DNA from: an uncultured Gammaproteobacteria bacterium | GTDB taxonomy: Bacteria; Patescibacteriota; Patescibacteriia; UBA10025; JAHIVO01 | DNA: 64,000 bases | Assembly: GCA_964415025.1 (NCBI GenBank) | Contig: CAYPXF010000001.1 | Location: 9,390 to 73,389 of the forward strand | Direction of reading: 5' to 3' | Part shown: positions 56,965 to 64,000 of the stretch, one piece after another | Layout of the letters: each line of letters starts with the position of its first letter | Numbering within the stretch: position 1 is the stretch's first letter | Program-made: the position numbers and the translations under genes | The notes under the pieces: model-generated | Told to the model about the DNA's origin: nothing | The model's input: the letters and a program-made list of their open reading frames with translations, nothing else | Database searches by the model: none

Positions 56965-58155
56965 TTATTCTTTAAGTGGTTCAATGCCGGGCAAGGTGCC
57001 TTTCTCGAGTAAGTCAAGCATAGCGCCACCGCCCATTGAAACAAATGTCATCTTACCCTCCAGATTAAGACGCTTGATCGAAGCTACTGTCTCCCCGCCG
57101 CCAACTACAGTATCTGCTTTAGCTCCAGCTAGTAAACGTGTGATATCGTCAGTCCCCTTAGCAAAAGAATCTATTTCAAACATGCCCATGGGACCGTTCC
57201 AGATAATTGTTTTTGCCTCTGAAATAATCCCTTCATAAAGCTTAACCGTATCAGGACCGATGTCTAATATTTTTTCGTTTTCTTTGACGCTGCCAACCGC
57301 ACAAATTCGTGTCGGCGCATCTTCATCAGCTTCTTCGGCTACTACCACATCGACCGGAATATGGAGATGCGTGTCGGTCAGCGGCAGTTCTTTGGCCGTG
57401 GCGACCATGTCTTGCTCTATCAGAGACGTACCGACCTGGACACCTTTGGCTAAGAGAATCGTATTGGCCAGCGCCCCGCCAAGGGCGACATTGTCGCATT
57501 TCTTGACCAGCGTGCTAATCACGCCAAGTTTAGTGGAAATCTTAGCGCCGCCGATTATGGCTAAACACGGATGTTTTGGATTATTAATTACCTCTGTAAT
57601 AGCATTAACCTCCCGAACCAGATTTGGCCCGGCATAGCTTGGCAGATATTTCATCACGCCGATGATTGAAGCCACCGGCCGGTGTGACTGGCCAAAAGCG
57701 TCATTCACAAATACATCGCCATTGGCGGCTAATGCTCTTGCGTATTCCTCATCAAGTCCGTCTGTACTCTTCTCGCCTGGGTGAAACCGAATGTTTTCCA
57801 GCAGTAAAACAGCGCCATCGTCAGCCTCCTCAATCTGTTTACGGACCGTATCGCCAATACAATCATCTAGCTTAATCACCTGGCGGTCCATCAATGCGGA
57901 CAGCCGTTTGGCTACGCCATCCATGCTGTATTCTTTTTTACATTCTCCGCCCGGACGGCCCAGGTATGACATTAAAATAACCTTCTTCGCGCCTTGCTGA
58001 AGAAGGTCTTCGACCGTGGGAATAATCGCCCGCAGCCTAGTATCATCTCGTGGCACTAATTCCCCGTTTTCTTCTTTGTATTTGACGTCTAAAACCGCGC
58101 GCAGTATGACTTTTTTGTTTTTGATGTCGTTTTGAGTGTAGATTTTGAGTTTCAT
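56965..58155 (-). CDS. pgk: Phosphoglycerate kinase (divergent)
   Basis: LGRP, LLENIRF, VNDAFG, GGAKISTK, DIGPDT, WNGPMG, GGGET, GGGA. Confidence 0.92.
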   Translation of the reverse strand: MKLKIYTQNDIKNKKVILRAVLDVKYKEENGELVPRDDTRLRAIIPTVEDLLQQGAKKVILMSYLGRPGGECKKEYSMDGVAKRLSALMDRQVIKLDDCIGDTVRKQIEEADDGAVLLLENIRFHPGEKSTDGLDEEYARALAANGDVFVNDAFGQSHRPVASIIGVMKYLPSYAGPNLVREVNAITEVINNPKHPCLAIIGGAKISTKLGVISTLVKKCDNVALGGALANTILLAKGVQVGTSLIEQDMVATAKELPLTDTHLHIPVDVVVAEEADEDAPTRICAVGSVKENEKILDIGPDTVKLYEGIISEAKTIIWNGPMGMFEIDSFAKGTDDITRLLAGAKADTVVGGGETVASIKRLNLEGKMTFVSMGGGAMLDLLEKGTLPGIEPLKE

Positions 58156-58181
58156 ATAAAAAAGTGGTAATAACCACCTGA

Positions 58182-58210
58182 ATTATAGCACTTTTTCACC
58201 TTTTTTTCAA
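58182..58210 (-). promoter_or_regulatory. Promoter of the pgk operon
   Basis: TTGAAA-17 nt-TATAAT with extended TG. Confidence 0.7.
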
Positions 58211-58253
58211 TTTTTTATCCAAACACAAACAATTTGGATAATTACTGCTAGTA

Positions 58254-58514
58254 TTAGTCTTTTTTACCCTGTACTTCAGTAATTGTCAGCTCTCTGCCTT
58301 TGCCTGGCTTAATAACAAGTTCTGCTTTTTCTGCGATAGTATTTTTTTTGACCAGATCAAAATTAAATAAGAGATTTTCCGGGGATAATTCTTCATTATG
58401 CGCTACGATTTTCCCCAAACGAACAGTAACAGTATCAACTGTTTTTAAATTATTTTCTTTAGCTGTGTGCAGGACGGCTTTGACAATGTCCTGCGCCGCT
58501 ACGAGGTCATGCAT
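58254..58514 (-). CDS. hypA: HypA-like nickel chaperone lacking the Zn finger
   Basis: MHD N-terminus, V.VRLG, LLFNFDLVKKNTIAEKAEL, GREL; no CxxC motifs. Confidence 0.75.
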   Translation of the reverse strand: MHDLVAAQDIVKAVLHTAKENNLKTVDTVTVRLGKIVAHNEELSPENLLFNFDLVKKNTIAEKAELVIKPGKGRELTITEVQGKKD

Positions 58515-58518
58515 ACTT

Positions 58519-58965
58519 TGGCTTGTGGCACGTGGCGTATAGCACGATGCCTTTAGTTAATCGTCTTTTTAAATGCGTTGAGTTTTTTAATCAGCAGTTC
58601 TGCTTCTTTGTATAGATCAACGAGTAATTTGTCAGCTATAAACTCTCTTTCTTTACAGAACTGTAATAATGAAACAGTCTCGAGCGCCGACTTAATGGCT
58701 ATATCGATAAAGTTTCTGAAATCGCGATTTGTCGTACCGCCGGAACCTTCAGCGATATTATTGGAAATAGAGACTGCAGCTCTTTTCAGCTGCGAAGACA
58801 TCCCAAATAACTCTTCCTTTGGTAAGGTATTAGCAAAATCATATAGTCTGTTACCATAAGCTATAGCTAATTGCCAAATTTCTAATTGCTCAAACCTGAA
58901 CATATGTTTTCTTCTTACTAGTACACGCAATACACTACAAGCTTTATGCCACGAGCTACACGCTA
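58519..58965. repeat. Inverted heptamer arrays flanking the four-helix-bundle gene
   Basis: + strand TGGCTTG TGGCACG TGGCGTA TAGCACG (58519-58546); - strand TAGCGTG TAGCTCG TGGCATA AAGCTTG TAGTGTA TTGCGTG (58965-58924). Confidence 0.75.
58553..58903 (-). CDS. Four-helix-bundle protein (23S rRNA IVP / TIGR02436-like)
   Basis: FRFEQLEIWQ, LPKEELFGMSSQLKRAAVSISNNIAEG, F..IA..SALET; start at MFRFE. Confidence 0.9.
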   Translation of the reverse strand: MFRFEQLEIWQLAIAYGNRLYDFANTLPKEELFGMSSQLKRAAVSISNNIAEGSGGTTNRDFRNFIDIAIKSALETVSLLQFCKEREFIADKLLVDLYKEAELLIKKLNAFKKTIN

Positions 58966-60219
58966 GTGAGTAGCACACGTCATGCACGGATCATATGCCC
59001 GGATCATCATGGCCAGCTTGCGCTGGTTAGCCGTACTCATTGTTTTCATCGAGCCCATATACTGCCGCAGGTCATCTTCCAGGTTATTAATAAACTGCGC
59101 GGTCGGGGTAATGATATTAACATTTTTCAATACGCCGTTTTTATCTGTTTCGTAATAATGTAATAAAATACCGCGCGGCGCCTCGATGGCGCCTACACCT
59201 TTACCAGCGCGTACTTTATATTTTTCCATGGGTTTAATGTGTTTTGTTTTAAAATACTGCTGTAATAATTTTTGCGCCTCTTCGACAAAATGGATCATTT
59301 CAATCCCCTGGCAATACACATTATAAAATGAATTGGTAATGGGCAGCTTAATATTAATATGCTTATAAGCCTGCCTGGCAATAGGATTTAATTGCTGGTG
59401 ATTATTATTAATCCGCGACAACGCGCCCACAAAATAAGCCTTGCCCTGATACTCCGTGCGCTTAACATAATCATCATCGCTGTGGATTTCCACGACTTTT
59501 TTCATGAATTGCTTGGGCGTCATGTCCAGCCCCTGGGTAGAGCCAATCCGACCGTCATAAAAGGCGTATTCTTTTGGATTAATCAGTGAAATATATTCAG
59601 TTGTACGGTTAAATTTATTGAATTTTAAATGTGAAATAAAATGCGCCAGCTCGACAGCTCCCTGGAGCGCTTCCTGGCTTTGCTCGTATAGCTCATGCAA
59701 CCGGCGTTTATCCGGCATCTTCAGAAAACCGCCTACCTGCGAATTAACCGGATGCAGGGCCCGGCCGCCGATAATTTCCGTAATCAAATTGCCAAACTTG
59801 CGGATAGTGAGGGCATGAGCAGAATATTCCGGCGCAATATCAAGTAAGTCCAGGGCTGAATCCTTGCCATAGAAATCAGGTATACTCATAAAATACGCGT
59901 GCACCCCGTGGCTGGTCAGCATTTGGCCCAGCATCATGAGTTTGCGCAGAACAACGGTCGGCTGCTGGACCTTTACTTTCATGGCATCTTCTATCGCTTT
60001 GATGGCCGTCAGGTTATGCACCACCGGACACACGCCGCAAATACGCGACGTCACCAGCGGCCCGTCCATATAGTTACGGCCGATCAGCACGCCCTCCATT
60101 AATCGTGCGCCTTCTAACGTTTGGTAGCGCGCCTCGGCCATATTACCGGACTTGAGCGCTCCCCAGAAGGTCGCGTGTCCCTCAATACGTGTAATGTGTT
60201 TTATTTTAACAGTTTTCAT
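58963..60219 (-). CDS. NiFe hydrogenase large subunit, group 3b-like
   Basis: ITRIEGHA, L1 RICGVCPVVH, EAPRG, L2 DPCMTCATH directly followed by the stop. Confidence 0.92.
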   Translation of the reverse strand: MKTVKIKHITRIEGHATFWGALKSGNMAEARYQTLEGARLMEGVLIGRNYMDGPLVTSRICGVCPVVHNLTAIKAIEDAMKVKVQQPTVVLRKLMMLGQMLTSHGVHAYFMSIPDFYGKDSALDLLDIAPEYSAHALTIRKFGNLITEIIGGRALHPVNSQVGGFLKMPDKRRLHELYEQSQEALQGAVELAHFISHLKFNKFNRTTEYISLINPKEYAFYDGRIGSTQGLDMTPKQFMKKVVEIHSDDDYVKRTEYQGKAYFVGALSRINNNHQQLNPIARQAYKHINIKLPITNSFYNVYCQGIEMIHFVEEAQKLLQQYFKTKHIKPMEKYKVRAGKGVGAIEAPRGILLHYYETDKNGVLKNVNIITPTAQFINNLEDDLRQYMGSMKTMSTANQRKLAMMIRAYDPCMTCATH

Positions 60220-60224
60220 AAGTA

Positions 60225-60259
60225 AGTAATCAGTAACTGGTAACTAGTAATAAGTACGT
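60225..60259. repeat. Single heptamer array
   Basis: AGTAATC AGTAACT GGTAACT AGTAATA AGTACGT. Confidence 0.65.
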
Positions 60260-60274
60260 ATGCTTTATTTACAA

Positions 60275-61060
60275 TTATTTTTTCTTTTTAACCTCCTGCT
60301 GTCTATACCACTGTTCCTGAATCCCGAATATCTGCAGAATGTGTTCCAGTTGCTTGCGGCTGATGAGTTTTAATAACTGCTTTTCCAGCTGCCTGGTATC
60401 ATAGCCAGGTAAAATACCGCGGCAGCCTTTGCAAAAGAATTTGGAGTTCAGGCAGACCGCGTTGCACCCGCCACGAATGACCGGACCCAGGCACGGCTCG
60501 CCTTTTTGCAAGAGGCATTCGTTGCCATTGAGCTGGCATTCGTAGCATACCGGATTTTCCAGAATTTGCGGCGGGACGCCTTCGCGGATCGCGTTAAGCA
60601 CAGCCACAAAGTCTTCACCGATCGGCGGACAGCCAGGGATGATGAAGTCCACCTTGACGAAACGACTGATCGGCCTGATATTAGGATTAAAAACTTTTTG
60701 GTATGTCTTGGGAAACTGATACCGCACCGCCTTTTCTTTATCCATGTAATTTTTAATATTGGGGATAACGCCGAAATGCGCGCAGGCGCCGATGCCGATC
60801 AAGTAATCAGCCCGCTGACGTATTGCTTTCAGAGACTTGATATTCGCCTTAGTCAGCGGCGCGCCCTCGATAATAGCCACGTCATAGTGCGCGTCTTTTT
60901 TCTTTTCCTCCATGATGATAAAAAAATCTCCCAGCTCAAAATGGTCGATCGAGGCGATAAACTCCTTGCCCATGTCCAAAATAGACACCGAACAACCGTC
61001 GCAGGAAGTTAGTCCAACAATAGCGACTTTGAGTTTTTTCTTGCTACTTTTCTTCGACAT
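60275..61060 (-). CDS. NiFe hydrogenase small (delta) subunit
   Basis: LTSCDGC, IEGA, IGACA, IPGCPP, VCYEC, CLGP...GC...C...CKGCRG. Confidence 0.92.
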   Translation of the reverse strand: MSKKSSKKKLKVAIVGLTSCDGCSVSILDMGKEFIASIDHFELGDFFIIMEEKKKDAHYDVAIIEGAPLTKANIKSLKAIRQRADYLIGIGACAHFGVIPNIKNYMDKEKAVRYQFPKTYQKVFNPNIRPISRFVKVDFIIPGCPPIGEDFVAVLNAIREGVPPQILENPVCYECQLNGNECLLQKGEPCLGPVIRGGCNAVCLNSKFFCKGCRGILPGYDTRQLEKQLLKLISRKQLEHILQIFGIQEQWYRQQEVKKKK

Positions 61061-61076
61061 TTTTATATTACTATTT

Positions 61077-61616
61077 CTACTCATTTATAATATTTGTTAT
61101 ATGAGTGTTAATTCCACTGTCAGCAGCCAACTGCGTAAAATCATTAATCTCTTTAATTATCGAACCGCCAATATTTCTTACCTCTTCAATTGATTTAGCT
61201 TTTTTTGTATCAGCGTGCATATATAAATTTCTATAACGATGATACATGCTTCCAATAATTATTATGTGATCAAGCAGCTCTTTTTTTGTTTTTAAATCAA
61301 TATTCCTCTTGTAATCTTTTGAAGTCTGTTCAGAATTAGAAATCATATCAATATATTCAGAAAATGCTTCCTTGTTCTTACCTTCATTATCATATAGGTA
61401 TCTCCCTAAATGTTTTGGCTTTATTTCTGGGATAAAAGGAATATAGCCTACTGATTGCAAAATATCAAACAAATATTTTTCAAAAGCTTTACATATTGGT
61501 TGAAGGTATAATGAAAAATCGTGAAGATTAATCCTTTTAATACAATCATTATCAAGTAATAGTAGAAAGTCATAAACCCAATCCACAAAGTCATCATATT
61601 CTATAAGGTATTTCAA
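61077..61616 (-). CDS. AT-rich HEPN protein, RNase LS/RnlA-like; start uncertain
   Basis: DFSLYLQPICKAFEKYL and Rx4H motif RNLYMH; frame open to 61730 without an ATG. Confidence 0.55.
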   Translation of the reverse strand: MKYLIEYDDFVDWVYDFLLLLDNDCIKRINLHDFSLYLQPICKAFEKYLFDILQSVGYIPFIPEIKPKHLGRYLYDNEGKNKEAFSEYIDMISNSEQTSKDYKRNIDLKTKKELLDHIIIIGSMYHRYRNLYMHADTKKAKSIEEVRNIGGSIIKEINDFTQLAADSGINTHITNIINE

Positions 61617-61701
61617 GACTTTTGTATCAAAATGCTTCGAAAGTAAAGAATACCTAGGATCAGATTCAATTTTATGGCCTAAAGCAATATCTTCTAATCT
61701 T

Positions 61702-61917
61702 TTATCCCTTACTATAAGAATTAAAAAGTTTTAATCGTTCTGTTGCTTCTTTTTTATCTAGTTTGTAGACCGCGAAATTATTTTCATTCATCACATAGTC
61801 CCCTACCTTTACTTCCGGAACCAGTCGCGTATCGAGCGTGTGCGTGTCCTCACCGCAGGCAACGGTGGCCTGCGTACCTTTGAGTTTTATTATTTTGTGG
61901 GGGATGGTGAGACACAT
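61702..61917 (-). CDS. hypC: HypC/HupF hydrogenase chaperone
   Basis: MCLTIP N-terminus, VKVGDYV, A...LD..EA. Confidence 0.85.
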   Translation of the reverse strand: MCLTIPHKIIKLKGTQATVACGEDTHTLDTRLVPEVKVGDYVMNENNFAVYKLDKKEATERLKLFNSYSKG

Positions 61918-61939
61918 AGCTACTACCGTTTTAGTTAAT

Positions 61940-62034
61940 GGGTTTAGTTTTCGCTGCGCGTATCGTTAAAGGGTTTCGTATAACGTTTGACGAAAACGAT
62001 ACGGGCCACGACAACGCAAACAAAAACTCTAACT
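61940..62034. repeat. Roughly 6-nt-periodic inverted-repeat spacer without cargo
   Basis: CGTATCGTT/AACGATACG core; right arm CACGAC AACGCA AACAAA AACTCT AACTAC. Confidence 0.55.
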
Positions 62035-62838
62035 ACTAAACATCACTCCCTCTCTGGACATTTTAATCTTTTGTAAATCATCTTCCCGCCACAGCCGGTG
62101 GAAATCAACGTCTTTCTTTGTTTCATCGATTATCTGGCCAGTCATGTCCACATTAAAAAAAGTTTCCTTGGCATAGTCGATAGTCGCTACCTTATCACCC
62201 AGCACTTGCTTGATCGTCCGTTGCATAAATGCCTTCTGGTCCTGCTGCTGCTGGAGCTGTCGGGCTAGGAGCTGTAATGGTTTTGTGTCAGCACTGGCTA
62301 TAATAACACCGAAATGATGAAATACTGTTTGTCCAAGCCGAACCTGTACTGCTCCTGGCACTAGTACGTGGGAAAATGTAACCGTTTGGTTACAAACTAT
62401 TACCTCTACTTCAGCTAATTGGCGCTGGTCAATAGAGCGCAGTGATTTGATAGTACCGATGGTCAGCACGTGGGCCAGGGCATAAGACGGCCCGAACAGC
62501 AGATGTGACTGATTTTCCTCGACCGCATCCACGTGATCCAGGGCAAAGCATTCTAACATATTAACCGCACTGATGCGTGTCAATCCACGTTCGGCGGCAT
62601 AAGCGGCGATAGATGAGGGAAAAGCCGTAATAATATGGGAGGAAATATCAAGTAATAATACCGGCTGGCCGGTCAAAAACTTCGCCAGATTGACGTCTGC
62701 CTTGCAGCCAGGATGGAGAAATAAATGCACCAGTATCTCCACCGCGCCCGGCTCCAGAATAATATTCTCGAAATTATCAAACGACAGCCGCCGGGCTTGT
62801 TCGAGATTTTTTAATATTGCTTGGGTATGAGAATTCAT
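62029..62838 (-). CDS. Hypothetical hydrogenase-cluster protein with a HypC-like segment
   Basis: 269 aa; 'VQVRLGQTVFHHFGVII' resembles the HypC VGDYVxVHxG strand. Confidence 0.6.
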   Translation of the reverse strand: MNSHTQAILKNLEQARRLSFDNFENIILEPGAVEILVHLFLHPGCKADVNLAKFLTGQPVLLLDISSHIITAFPSSIAAYAAERGLTRISAVNMLECFALDHVDAVEENQSHLLFGPSYALAHVLTIGTIKSLRSIDQRQLAEVEVIVCNQTVTFSHVLVPGAVQVRLGQTVFHHFGVIIASADTKPLQLLARQLQQQQDQKAFMQRTIKQVLGDKVATIDYAKETFFNVDMTGQIIDETKKDVDFHRLWREDDLQKIKMSREGVMFSS

Positions 62839-62844
62839 TTTTTA

Positions 62845-62869
62845 CAATTAAACATTTTTGGAAATGTTT
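62845..62869. promoter_or_regulatory. 25-bp direct repeat copy with AAACATTT-N4-AAATGTTT palindrome
   Basis: CAATTAAACATTTTTGGAAATGTTT identical to 63165-63189. Confidence 0.75.
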
Positions 62870-62871
62870 TA

Positions 62872-63156
62872 TTATTTGCTACTGGTAATTTGTTTAAACA
62901 CTCCTGATGATCGAAACTCTTTAGATAATGTATAAAATGTATTTTTTCCCTTACGTACTTTTTGAATAATTCCTTCCCGCTCCATTTTACTTAGGTGAAA
63001 TGATGTTGCCGGAAAAGAAAGAGATAATTGTTCGCTTAACTTGCCAGCACTTGTTGAGCCTTTTGCTAACAGCTTAATTATTTTCATTCTACGTTCATTA
63101 CCCAAAACACGAAATACTCGTGATAGTTTAGTTGTAGAGAATGTATGCCTGGGCAT
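62872..63156 (-). CDS. ArsR/SmtB-family regulator, paralog of 38394-38696
   Basis: FRVLGNERRMKII, TSFHLSKMEREGII, RKGKNTFYTL, FRSSGV. Confidence 0.9.
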   Translation of the reverse strand: MPRHTFSTTKLSRVFRVLGNERRMKIIKLLAKGSTSAGKLSEQLSLSFPATSFHLSKMEREGIIQKVRKGKNTFYTLSKEFRSSGVFKQITSSK

Positions 63157-63164
63157 GGTTATAT

Positions 63165-63189
63165 CAATTAAACATTTTTGGAAATGTTT
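63165..63189. promoter_or_regulatory. 25-bp direct repeat copy overlapping the DMT stop codon
   Basis: Identical to 62845-62869. Confidence 0.75.
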
Positions 63190-63998
63190 AATATTAATTC
63201 ATTCTTAAATGATTTTATACGCTGTATGCCAATAATCAATCCTATTCCAATTAGCATCAAGACAACTCCACCGACCTGTATTAACGACCAACCTACACCC
63301 TGATTCGCAATAATTGTAATCAAACCTGTAATCGGCGCACCGAGCGCTAATATGGCCGTGGCTACTGACGCACGCACATGTTTTAGGCCATGGTAAAATG
63401 TAAATACATAGCCGAACAAAAACAACGAAGTAATAATAATCCATTTCCACTGCTCGGGATTATACGCAAAAACCGCGCCTATCTGTCTCGTGCTCAATAA
63501 ATAGAAGGAAATAAATACTGCGCCAAAAAACATTCGTCCCCAGGCTACCAGACGGGCAGATAGTTGCGCCAAAGCTTTTTTTGATATAATAATTTCTGCC
63601 GCCCAAAACAGCGTGGCTAAGAAAACCAAACCATCGCCCCAGCCAATACCGCTCGGTCTGATGCCGAGAAATAATATGTTACCGATTAATAACGCTCCCA
63701 GGCCGAATAGCAAACTTTTATTCAGTTTCTCTTTCAGAAAAATAATTGCCAAGAAACCGACGTATATGAACATCGTCTTATGGATAAACGAACCCTGAGC
63801 CGGAATAGTCATGGACAATCCTTTGAAAAAGAGAAGGAATGGTATAGCGCCGCCAACCAGGCCGATAGTTATCAGCTGATACCATTGTTTCCGTGTCAAC
63901 TGTTTAATCTGCGGCCATTCTTTCAAAAGTAGAATAACGGAAAAGAATAAAACACCGACGAGCAGATTTTTCATGCCGGTAAATACCGCCGGGTTGCT
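63168..63998 (-). CDS. DMT/EamA-family transporter (5' partial)
   Basis: Multiple TM segments, GGAIPFLLFFKGL, FLKEKL, FYHGLKHVRASVA. Confidence 0.88.
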   Translation of the reverse strand, partial: SNPAVFTGMKNLLVGVLFFSVILLLKEWPQIKQLTRKQWYQLITIGLVGGAIPFLLFFKGLSMTIPAQGSFIHKTMFIYVGFLAIIFLKEKLNKSLLFGLGALLIGNILFLGIRPSGIGWGDGLVFLATLFWAAEIIISKKALAQLSARLVAWGRMFFGAVFISFYLLSTRQIGAVFAYNPEQWKWIIITSLFLFGYVFTFYHGLKHVRASVATAILALGAPITGLITIIANQGVGWSLIQVGGVVLMLIGIGLIIGIQRIKSFKNELILNISKNV

Positions 63999-64000
63999 GA

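Noticed and set aside
58553-58903. Diversity-generating retroelement (Avd-like gene)
   Set aside because: No reverse transcriptase and no template/variable repeat pair with adenine-specific mismatches seen
58904-58987. Cys-rich N-terminal extension of the four-helix-bundle ORF
   Set aside because: It is the translated heptamer array and overlaps the hydrogenase 3' end

Overview
This is a bacterial window read in the standard genetic code. Gene content and style (DUF4012, few Shine-Dalgarno sites, short palindromic repeats, fermentative metabolism, minimal NiFe hydrogenase) suggest a Patescibacteria/CPR genome; that assignment is an inference. 1-16 kb: surface-glycan locus, with an AT-rich + strand block converging on a - strand block. 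16-24.4 kb: S8/FG-GAP protease, catalytically dead HtrA, lepA (with a duplicated 5' end) and murJ. 24.4-27.3 kb: an almost non-coding island with two promoter-driven, densely base-paired RNA candidates (about 750 and 540 nt), a CCA-ending non-canonical tRNA-like element, a tRNA minihelix and two orphan envelope genes; this is the best candidate for an undescribed system. 27.4-35.1 kb: second glycan locus. 35.1-35.7 kb: oversized RNase P RNA. 35.8-46.7 kb: rnhA, recJ, prs, dus, SemiSWEET plus GH1, and pseudogenes. 46.8-58.2 kb: pgk-eno-gpmI-gpmI-pduL-ackA-OFOR-pfkB operon. 58.2-64 kb: group 3b-like hydrogenase cluster interrupted by a four-helix-bundle gene, a HEPN gene and an ArsR cassette. 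Two more recurring patterns stand out: paralogous arsR genes each bracketed by exact palindromic direct repeats, and 6-7 nt periodic inverted-repeat spacers, filled or empty. All RNA structures were paired by eye and no database search was run.
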